The translations under genes were made by a program, and so were the position numbers. A stretch of DNA of 64,000 bases from Azolla caroliniana (lineage: Eukaryota; Plantae; Polypodiophyta), in NCBI GenBank assembly GCA_043228905.1, contig JBHGNT010000009.1:14012001-14076000 (forward strand). The letters are read 5' to 3'. The notes below the pieces were generated by a model. The model did not search any database. It had not been told where the DNA came from and saw nothing but the letters and a program-made list of their open reading frames with translations. The first letter of the stretch is position 1; each line of letters opens with the position of its first letter. Below, in pieces: positions 39,981 through 51,000 of the stretch.

Positions 39981-40674
39981 TATTGTTCTAAAAACAAATG
40001 ATGCATAGGTATACAGTGATAGTAAAATGTTATAATAAATCATGGAATAAGTAATACACTTGTACAAAAAGAACTTTTTTTTATGGGCGGTAGGGGGGGT
40101 TATCACCAAGTATATTAACACTAGCTACCAAATACATGTTTGTGTCATCTTGAGGTGCATCACATTTGTACACATCCGTTTTTGTGCATCACATTGGCAC
40201 ATTGATGTGTTTTGGTCAATGTTCTTTTTTATCCTTGTTGAAATTGTATATTGGCAAAACATGCAAGGGTAGTTGTTATAGACTCTCAAGCTATGAACAC
40301 AATATATTACGACTAGCTAATGCCTCAATAGGCCTTAAGGGCTAAACTTAGCAATTAATGACAGAGAAAATATACAATAAGAAAACCATGCTTCAATTGA
40401 TTAAGAATAACTACAAACACATACAAGAAGATAGGTGCTTCACTTCAAATGTGAACTAGATGCTACTATCATGTAGAGAGATAGAGAGAGAGAAACATAT
40501 CTTAAAGTCTTCTAAGACCAAATTTGGCCCATGAGACAATTGGTTACAACAAAATGGGATGTGTACCCAATCATTGAAAATAAAAATAAAATAAACATAG
40601 ATATGTTTTTGAAATAGATAGATAGATATATGGAGAGAGAGAGAGATATATGGATAGATAGATATATGGATATA

Positions 40675-41245
40675 TGTCATTTAGAGCCAAGGTGTTTATT
40701 TGGAGGATTATGGTTGGTGGATTACGATCAGGTGATGCTTTATGCAAAAGAAAAATTGCTAGTGGCTTCTGTTTCTTTTGTACGGTGGAAGTAGTGCATA
40801 GTTGACATCGATTTATTTCATGTCTTGTTACAAAGATGGTTTGGAAATTTATTAATGCAATATAGATGTCCTCGATAGGAGTGATAAATTCTCCTTTCAA
40901 ATGGGTTTTTGCACAAATGGAATTAGGAGGTCTTTCACCTTCTTTTCAGATTAATTTGGATTATTTGAGGTATTATGGGGTTTGGTTTATTTGGCATATG
41001 CGAAATGCTTTTATATTTGATGATCAAAGGGGAGTACACTGTTATGTGCTGAGATTGAAAGGGTTCCTTTTATGGCAATTTTCATTGTTGGAGATGTCAA
41101 GCATATTCAATCATGAAGAGAGACAAGTATGTAAGTTAGTTGGGCATCACATTCGCCATTTGGTCTGATAAGAAAGGTTATGGGTGTTGAGAGACATATT
41201 CATGGTTTGTAATGATAGGAATATGTATCTCTCTATGTAGATACG
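40675..41245 (+). mobile_element. Second, shorter and more decayed copy of the L1-like LINE at 27857-28728
   Basis: Near-identical C-terminus (SPFKWVFAQ...GHHIRHLV*) and 3' UTR. Confidence 0.9.
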
Positions 41246-41271
41246 TGATTTTACCAAGAAACAGTGCCCAC

Positions 41272-41425
41272 ATGGATGTAGCTCAGTTGGTAAGGTTGCC
41301 CAATGGAGACTAGGTGGTCATGGGTTCAACCCCTACATTCCACAATGGCGTCTAGTGAATTAAGAGATATAGTGCTTGTAGTGTTAACAATTTACCACTA
41401 GGGTAAGCTAATTACGATAAAAGAG
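41272..41425 (+). mobile_element. tRNA-derived SINE or tRNA pseudogene
   Basis: Box A tagctcagttgg 41279-41290 and box B ggttcaacccc 41323-41333 at tRNA spacing; no good anticodon arm; A/GA-rich tail near 41419. Confidence 0.65.
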
Positions 41426-43014
41426 AGAGAGAGAGGCTCTAGCTTAAACCTTAGGTTCCAAGTAGAAGAACTAGAAAGGTACAAAAGTGACGTTCATAGT
41501 TATTTTCAAAGGTATTGGCTCCTCTCACACCAAAGTGGCCACAAGACTTAACTTTATAGCTATCTCTCTCTTCTCCTCTTGTCTTGCCCTACACTTGCAT
41601 CCTTGGTATAAATGATCCCAAATTTGTTGTTGTTGATACCTATGGCAAGTACTCAACATCCCCCAACCTATGAGATCATAATCTTGAGTGCATCATGTCA
41701 AGTGCCAATATATGAGCCCTAGTCCATGGAGGCAATTAAGGGTGTCAAGGAAAGGAAGATTGTAGGGGAGAGGTAAATGACGTTGACAGTGGGGAGAAAG
41801 TGGAAGATATTGAAGACATTGTCGATGAGAGGGAAGGTGGAGAGATGGGGTGGAGGTGATGAGGGTGGTGTAAGATGGGGTGTTCGCATGTTGATAGACA
41901 GGCACAGGAGGACATTGATGGCATTGAATATTGGGGGGAAAATGATTGTCTTACATGAGTGTGATCATTGTGACGAACTCCTTAATGTTAATTGCCAACC
42001 ATTGATCCACAACTTATAAAATATGGAGGTGGTGGTCGATTGTCTTATTATCATACATACAACTCATTGATGGACAACTTGACTGATGCAGAGAAATGTT
42101 TCACGGGAAAATCCCTGAGTGCACACTTCTTTCCCAAGATCAAAGTGCACACTTGAGAGAATGTTTACTATATCTATATATACATTAATATAAACATTTA
42201 TACATACATACATAAATTCATTAAATCATACACATATATATGTATTCATAAAATCCATTATGCATATACACACAAACATACATAAAATGTTCCTTGTTTA
42301 CACACATTCATTAAATCATACTCATACATATATGCATTCATTGATATATTTATCCACATTCATACTTCCATAAACACATCCATTCACACAATCATTTATT
42401 CATTCATACACATACACATTCATTCATACAATCATTTGTTCAACACACACACATACATTCATACAACTATTCATTTACACACACACATATTTTATAAACA
42501 AACACATATGTACAAACATATTGATACTTTTTTACCAACTACTATGAACCAAACTAATGACGAGCAAAGAATAAGTGATTAAGGAGAAGAATGGATTAGA
42601 AGTTCTTAACCATATCAATCACCCTTGAGAAAAGGGCATGAGATAAACATAAAATACCATTGGTGTCCCATACCATCAAATATTACTATTATGTTATACT
42701 GTGATTGTTGAAATAACAAATCCGAAGATGCAACTTAGCCTCACTAATAGAGTCTCGATAACATATATCTAGACAATCAAACATAAAGTCCCTTCCTTGG
42801 CATTATGTTTGCCCTCTATTCCTTCATGGATTCCTTGAGTACCATTTGTTTCATGGCTCATCTAGCATGGTTACCCCCAACATTTTCAAATCCATGCCAA
42901 AAACGTTTTCTGCTCATGTTGTGTGAGCCCTTTAGGAGTTATGTATGTAAATATGCCACCAATACCACAACATTATATCATAGATTTGGTGTAATCATGA
43001 GAACATAGTGGGTG

Positions 43015-45346
43015 TGTCATAGCGAATGAATACAACATATACATACGAAAGAACCCTCTAGAACCTTCTAGTTCTAGAACTTTCTAAAACCTCCTAGAAC
43101 TTGAAATAGATAATCTACTAATAATCTACTAAGATATACGTAACATGATAATATATTTGGATGTGTTGGTTAGAACACAACACTTGACTATATATAAGAG
43201 GTCAAGAGTTCAAATCTTGACACGACTGTTGTCATGTCTGTGACATTATCCTCCCCTTTACGGCCGCCTTTTCGAAAGCATGGTGTAGGGGTGAGTTGAA
43301 AGAGAAAATCAAAGTACGTTAAGGAGTGAGTGACCATGAGTTGTCCTCACTAGAAATAGGAGCACGGGTGAACGCGAGTGACCATGTATGGTCCTCACTG
43401 GAGACTGGAACACCAAGGGGGTGAGCGACCATGTACAGTCCTCACCGGATATTGGAACACCAATGTGAGTGTGAGCAACCACGTTCGGTCCTCACCGAGA
43501 ACTGGAACACCAACGTGAGTGTGAGCGACCATGTACGATCCTCATCGAAGACTGGAACACTAATGTGAGGGTGAGCGACAATGTACTGTCCTCACCGAGA
43601 ACTGGAACACCAACGGGCATGAGCGACCATGTACGGTTCTCATCGGAGATTGAACACCAACGTGAGTGACCGTGTGTGGTCCTCACCGGAGACAGGAACA
43701 TCAACGGATGTGAGCGACCATGTGCGGTCCTCACTGGAGACTGGAACACCAATGGATGTGAGCGACCATGTGCGATCCTCATCGGAGACACGAACACCAA
43801 CGGATGTGAGCAAGCATGTGCGGTCCTCACCGGAGACACGAACACCAACGGACGTGAGCGACCATGTGCGGTCCTCACCGGAGACACGAACACCAACGGA
43901 CGTGAGCGACCATGTGCGGTCCTCACCGGGGATTGGAACACCAATGGACGTGAGCAACCATGTGTGATCCTCAACAGAGACATGAACACCAAGGGCGTGA
44001 GAGACCATGTACATTCGTCACCAGAGACACAAACACCAACGAAAATGAACGACCATGTGCGGTCCTCACCAGGAACGGGAACACCAACGGGCGTGAGCAA
44101 CCATGTGTAGTCCTCATTGGGAACTGGAACACCAACGAGCGTGAGAGACCATGTATGGTCCTCACCAAAGACGTGAACACCAATGGGCGTGAATGATCAT
44201 GTGCGGTCCTCAACGGAGTCATGAACACCAACGGATGTGAGTGACCCTGCATGGTCCTCACTTGGAACTAGAACACTTGACGACAATGAAGGCTAGGCAA
44301 AGTAGTGTTGATGACGACAACAAGAGGGTTGAAGATGATGATGTCGAAGATGAAGCAATGAAGGCAATTATTTTGACTAAGCGACTTTGGAAGCAACGAC
44401 TTTGACTATGGCAATGATGGAAGCAGAGAAAGAGATGGAAAGAATAAGAAACATAGAGATCGAGATGTTGAGGTTCTGAAGAAACACAAATACACAGATA
44501 CAGAGGATGAGAGAAAACACAAAGACAAGGATGAAGGTGATACGAAACGCAGAGAAAGGGACGAAGATAATAAGAAATACATAGATAGAGATGAAAACGG
44601 TGGGAAACACAAGGAGAAGGATGACAATGACAAAAAATGCAAACATAGGGAAGTGGAAAATGATAAGAAGTGCAGAGATAGAGATGATGATGAGAAGAAA
44701 CTAGGAGATAGAGATGTGAAGGATGAGAAGAATCTAAAAGACAAAGACAATGATGAGAAGAAACTAAGAGAAAACGATGGCGAGGAAGATAGAAAACGAA
44801 GGGATGTTGATGATGGTTATTCTAGAACCAATGACGGTGACGATGGTAACTCTAGAAGCAAGGGTGATGACGAAGAAAAGTAATGCTTCCAGTTGGAAGG
44901 GATTCAAACTGTCACGGAAACACCAACCCTAGACTATGACGGAGCATGAATGATGAGGCTACGACCGATAAGGTTACGAACGTGGAACTCGATGTGATGA
45001 GGGTAGAAACTCGGGAAGTTGGGATCGATGAGATGAGGAAGTTAAGATGCTAGGCAGAGATGTAAATCAAGGAGAGAAGATGGGGCTAAACAAGAATACT
45101 ATATTGATGTGAGTCGAAGTACATGCATTAGAATATTCGGGAGAATATTCTAGAACCCTCTAGAACCTTCTAGTTCTAGAACTTTCTAAAAACTCTTAGA
45201 ACTTGAAATAGATAATCTACTAATAATATTTAAGATATACATAACATGATAATATATTTGGATGTGTTGGTTAGAACACAACACTTGACTATATATAAGA
45301 GGTCTAGAGTTCAAATCTTGACATGACTGTTGTCATGTTTGTGACA
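43015..45346 (-). mobile_element. Non-coding (TRIM/LARD-like) LTR element related to the Tcn1-like family
   Basis: Direct repeats 43052-43245 and 45154-45346 ending gtgaca; 5' LTR 44910-45346; PPT (rc aggggaggataa) 43246-43257; PBS position begins GTTTGAA as in the element at 48035-52773; interior consists only of tandem repeats. Left boundary uncertain and no TSD seen. Confidence 0.75.
43327..44278. repeat. 48-bp minisatellite, about 19-20 copies
   Basis: Unit gtgagcgaccatgtgcggtcctcaccggagacacgaacaccaacggac (for example 43854 and 43902); gives 16-aa periodic ORFs in several frames. Confidence 0.95.
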
Positions 45347-47486
45347 TCCGGGGGGTTGCATCATGTAGACATGTTCTGCAACGTCACCTTAAAGAAACAC
45401 ATTCTTCATGTACATTTGGTGAAGACGCCACCCCCTTGCCGCAACAACCACTAGCACCACACGAATTGTCATTATCTTTGCTTCCAGGGGGAAGGTCTTG
45501 TCATAGTTGATTATGTGGGTCTACGCATACCCTTTAGCCACTAACCGGGGCTTGTACTAGTTGACCGAGTCGTTAGCATTATTCTTTACCTTGTACACTC
45601 ACTTGCATTTGATCAGTTTGCAATGTCGGGGAGGGTCAACCAGGCCCCATGTGTCATTGGCATCAAGTGGCCGCATTTCTTCCTCCATAGCGGCATGCCA
45701 TTGCGCGTCCTTTGCCGCTTCTGCGTAGCTCTCCGGCTCACGCACTTCCGCTACTTTCGTGATGTACGCATAATGATGCACAATGTACTCATTATACCCA
45801 TGCTGTTTTATAGGGTTCCTCTGGCAGGTAGATCGGCGTGGTTTCTGCTTTGCCGATTTCATGGTCGTCTTGGCCGACTCTGACTTCTCTTCCGAAGATT
45901 CGTCTCTATTCTTTCTAGAGTTGGATCCTCTCCAATTTGACTCGTCTAAGACAGTGTTATATTCCGGCATTTTCTTCTTCCCCTTCTCTTTGCACGTGAA
46001 CCGTCTCCTCGGTTCTTTGTGCAGGGAGAGCACGGACGAGTCTCTACTACTCGCCGGCTCTTTGACTGACTGGTTGTTCCGACTCAGTCGCTCATTTGGC
46101 CCACTCTGCCGAAATGTGATCAGACTCTCTTCTAGAGTACCGAACTCCTCTTCTTATTCTGCCCAGATCATTTCGGGCTCATTAGGCTCATCTTCCGGAA
46201 TCGGGGCGTAGTCGGGGGTCAGAGTTGGTAGAGAGTACCATGATGCCGATTCATCGAACTCGACATCTTGGCTTACTCAAACTTGTTTTGTTCGAGGGTT
46301 ATAACACTTACAACCCTTCTATTCGTGTGAGTAGACGACCAATATGCACTTCTCGGACTTCGGATCCAACTTTCTCTGCTTCTCGTCTAGTACATGCACA
46401 TAGACTATGCTACCAAATACCTTAAGGTGCCTTAAATTCGGCTTCTGCCCGAGATACAACTCATGTGCTGACACCTTATCCCCGATTCGGTTTTGGATGT
46501 AGACGGCCGTCTAGACTGCCTCAGCCCAGTACAACTTGGGTATGCTCTCCTCCTCCAGCATTGCCCTTGCCACGTTGACAATCAGCCGGTTCTTCCTTTC
46601 GGCCACACCGTTTTGTTCTGGTGTGTATCTGCAATTGAATTCTCTCCGAATTCCCTTCTGTTGCAGATAACTGATGAATTGGCTGGAAAAGTACTCTTTT
46701 CCGCCATTCGACCATAGACACTTGATCTTCCTTTCCGTTTCCCATTCAACTAAGCTCTATAGATTCCGGAAACATTCGAAAACTTTGCTTTTCCTCTCGA
46801 TCAGATAGATCCATGTGTGTCGGTTGTAGTCGTTGATGAAGGAGATGAAATATCGGCTCCCGCAAAGACTATAGTTTTGTGTCGGTTCCCATACATCCGA
46901 ATGTATTAAGTCAAGCTTGTTACTTCTGTAGTTTATTTCGGTAGGGAATGAAAGCCGGTGTTGCTTCCCGAGTTGGCAAGCTTCACAAATCCAAGCCTTC
47001 CGACCACTAAATTTCGGTAGTCCGAACACAACTTGTTTCGCCTGCAGGTCTTGAAGCCTCTGATAATTTACGTAGCTGATCCGCTTATGCCACAGGTCGA
47101 TATCCGACTAGACCTTTTGACCTTTTGAGAATAGAGCGGCGCCAACGTCTTTGCAATTGAGGATAAACATTCTCCTCTCCCGGTGCCCTTGCATGATTAT
47201 CTGGCCCTCTTCCACAATGAAGCACCCGAGATGCGTAAATCGCACCTGCATTCCCTAGTCGATGATCTGCCTGACTGGCACCAGGTTCTTCGTGATTGTC
47301 AGAATGTGAAGTGCGTTCATAAGCTTCCCTTGTTGTCCAACATGACTCAAGGGAACTTCTCCGACATGCACTATCGGGTGAGGGGTGTCGTCTCCGGTTT
47401 TGACAAGTCCCGATGGCTCTAGTTTTCCATATATGAGAACCACTCTTCGTGGCTCATCATGTGGTTAGACGCTTAGGAGTTAACGT
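45347..47486 (-). mobile_element. Decayed copia PR-INT-RT fragment (family of 20687-26532)
   Basis: ETGDDTPHPIVHVGEV-like, CEACQLGKQHR and VREPESYAEAAKD peptides; truncated at both ends by LTR sequences. Confidence 0.88.
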
Positions 47487-48030
47487 TGTCGCGTTACTAC
47501 GCGCGTGCGTGGAGAAAGAGGCGGGACCACCAGGGTCTTGAACCAAAGAGTAGGTGATAGAAAGGGAAAGAGAAAGAGAGAGACGCTCGGTTACGTATGA
47601 GCAAAGAAACACAGGGACACGACCCTGTCAACGCAGAAGACACGAATGGACACAGAGACAGAGAGACACGAATGTTTGTATATTAATGAATGACAAATAA
47701 ACAACAGAGCACGCGAGCGGTTACAACCGAACAAGCCGGCGAACAGATGCCGATGCCTGCTCGTCTGCGCACGAAAGGGGATAGGATGGAGGTGCTGCCG
47801 GAAGCACACGGGCGTTCCTCGAAGCAGCGCGAGCCTCCCGAAAACCTGCAGAGAAGAGCGATGGAGTACGAACAGAGGAGAAGCATTCGGTTTCGGTCCG
47901 ACAGCATTTCGTCCTCCTCAATAATGTATATCCCTTCTCCCCGCATCTCCCTCTCTTTTATAGCTTCAAGAAGGGAGCCGTTTCCCTCATTAACTTCCTA
48001 CCTGCCGAATCTAACCACCTAGGATTTGGT
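47487..48030 (-). mobile_element. 3' part of an unrelated LTR fused to the Tcn1-like 3' LTR
   Basis: Begins TGTC exactly where the copia coding sequence breaks; has a minus-strand TATAAAA near 47956-47962; no similarity to 52333-52430. Confidence 0.55.
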
Positions 48031-48034
48031 CTAT

Positions 48035-51000
48035 GAGGGAGTGAGAGGGAGGGAGATAGAGATGATAAGAAAAGATATATATTATGTGAAGAGAATGTAC
48101 AGTAGTAGCTAGGAGGCTTAAGACTGGCGTTGAACCGATTTGGTTCGAAATAATGCCTCGTGCCTCCTTTTATAGTGTTCTAAGGAATACTCCTGAAGTT
48201 TCTAGAATGTTCCAAAGAAATCTGGAATATACATCAATTTTCTATAATAAAACATAAATGAAAATAATATTCTACGTATTACAATGTATAGTCTAATGGT
48301 CAAGAGCTCGACCCATGTAGCATAAGGTCATGGGTTCGAGTCTTGCCATATCATGACACTATCCCCCCTTTAAAACGACGAGTGTAACGAGTCGTTTTGG
48401 ATTGAGGACCTGGTTTGTCTGGATATTGATGGTGGAAGTCTTCAAGAAGTGCACAAGCATTGGTGACATTCTCTATCGGTTCCCAAGTACGCTCACTGGG
48501 ACTATATCCTAGCCAATCGACTAGATAGTAGAGCTTGTTGCGAACAATCTTGGAATCAAGGATGGCGGCAACCTCGTACTCAGGTCCATCTTCAAGCTCG
48601 ATCGGGGGTGGAGGCTGTGTAATACGTCCTGGGATGGTGCTTTCTTGATAGGGTTCAAGGAGAGAACTATGAAACACCGGATGTATCCGAAGTTGTGGAG
48701 GTAGATCGAGACGAAAAGCGACATCATTAATCTTTCCTATGATACGGAAAGGACCTAATCTTCGACAAATTGTCGCATACGGGGCCACCAGAATGATCGT
48801 TGTACTAAATCTAATGTTTTAGTACTACCAAAATGCCCAGTTGTATATGTGTCATGACAGTTTTGTACTACTTGAAGGTGGGAAGAACCATTAGGAACAT
48901 ACAAAAGTTCTTTAAAGAAGAGTAATCCATCATGGTATTTGAATTGCCGATAGTCCGTACCTGGTGGTTGCGACTGTGAACACGACGCTCGAGAGGGATC
49001 AATTTGTGCTAGTATAGCTTGGGCGAAAACATCTGTCTTCAGGTCCGCACGTATGATATCGATAACGTGGGAATCCATGGGCATGCCAAAGACCTGTGTT
49101 GCTTGCAGTCGTGCCGGTCCCAAGATTACTTGCTTTTGGTTATCGAAAGCTGGCTCGCCGGGACGCGGTGCTAGGTACGAATGCCGTGATAATGCATCTG
49201 CTTTCCCTTGATGTTTCCCATGTCGAGATATAATCTTGAAGTCGAAACGTGTGAGAAAATGGGCCCACCGAGCTTGACGTCGATTTAACACACGAGTGTC
49301 TTGAAAATAGGCGAGGTTTTTGTGGTCACTGAATACAGTGACTTGATGAGAAGATCCCTCTAGAAAATGCCTCCATTGCATAAAAGAGTCCACTATAGCC
49401 AATAGCTCTTTATCATGAATTTCGTAGTTGATTTCGGCGGCGTCAAACTTGCGTGAGTGAAAAGCCACAGGATGTAGCTTTTCATCATTACCTCGTTGTG
49501 ATAGAATGCTTCCCAATGCAAAATCCGATGTGTCCGCTTCGATGATGAATGGTTTTTCTGGATCAACGTGAGCTAGAACCGGAGCCGATGTAAATGCCCG
49601 TTTAAGATTCTCAAAAGCCATGTCCGCTTCTTTAGACCAAACGAACGATTGTCCCTTCCTAGTAAGTTGTCTAAGAGGCAAAACGAGCTTTGAGTAATCC
49701 TTTATAAACTTCCGGTAAAAATTGGCAAAGCCTAGAAAGCATTGCACATCCCGCACCGAACGCGGAGTCTACCATTCTACCACCGTTTTGACCTTAGCTG
49801 GGTCCATGGAGATGCCTTCTGAGGAAATGACATAGCCAAGAAATTCCACCTGGTTGCACCCGAAACTACATTTTTCCAGCTTTGCATAGAGACCATGTTC
49901 TCGAAGTCGTTTTAGTACTAATCGTACATGAGAATCATGCTCTTCTTGGGTCTTCGAGTAAACCAGTAGATCATCCAAATAGATGATTAGACACACATCC
50001 AAGAGATCTCGGAAAATATCATTTTCCATGTGCTGGAAGATTGTTGGCGCATTAGTGAGGCCGAACGGCATGACCGTATACTCGAAGTGCCCATATCTAG
50101 TGCGGAACGCGGTCTTCCATTCATCTCCTGGTCGGATCCGTACGAGGTTATAGGCTCCCTGTAAGTCGATCTTCGTGAAGAACCTGGCACCATTGATCCG
50201 TTCTAAAAGACTTGAGATAAGGGGGAGTGCATACCTATTTCGGATTGTAACCTTATTCAAGCCACGGTAATCTACAACGAGCCGAAGTGAGCCATCCTTT
50301 TTCTTGACGAAGAAAATGGGTGCGCCGGCTGGAGACTTCGAATGTCGTATGAAACCATTCTCCAAATTCTCCTCTATATAGGCTCGAAGGACTTCCAGCT
50401 CGGTTGGTGACAAATTGTAAATCGGTCCCCAAGGTGGCTCTTTCCCCGGTTGTAAATCGATGGGGCAATCATATGGTCGATGGTGAGGAAGCGTACTGGC
50501 TTGTACTTTATCAAACACATCGGCATACTGATGATACTTCTCTGGAAGTTGAACGGTGGAATCCTCTTTAGTGGTGTTCGAGGGGTTTACTGATATTGCG
50601 AAGAGGAACATTTCTTCCTTGCATCCTTCCTCACACAACTGATGTAGTGAAATCGTTGCAATCTCATGAGTAGACCCTCAGGCTTTTTGATGCCAGATTT
50701 CTCTTGTCCGCCAATCTATGTCTGGGTTATGTAATTCAAACCATGGTAATCCTAAGACAATGGGGTGTTCTGGGATGCTAATTATATTAAATGATATTAC
50801 ACATGCTAGATTATCTAGGACAACATTAACGAGCTCTGACTCTTCTATGATATTTCCTAAGGCAATGGGACGACCATCGACGACTACTACAAGGGCAGGA
50901 CACGGGAGTTTTCTGAGAGATATCTGATGAGCTTGGGCAAATTTCCTATCCATGAAGCAAGAATTAGCTCTGGAATCTAGAAGTGCTAAGACATGTACTG

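Noticed and set aside
41680-43010. Possible additional TE or coding remnants and a CATA/CA-rich tract
   Set aside because: No motif, terminus or TSD that I could support.
43327-44278. CRISPR array or repeat protein
   Set aside because: Head-to-tail 48-bp units without spacers; the ORFs in several frames arise because the unit length is a multiple of 3.
48282-48352. Functional tRNA gene (also 52697-52767 and 41272-41345)
   Set aside because: Acceptor and anticodon stems do not form a proper cloverleaf; treated as tRNA-derived sequence.
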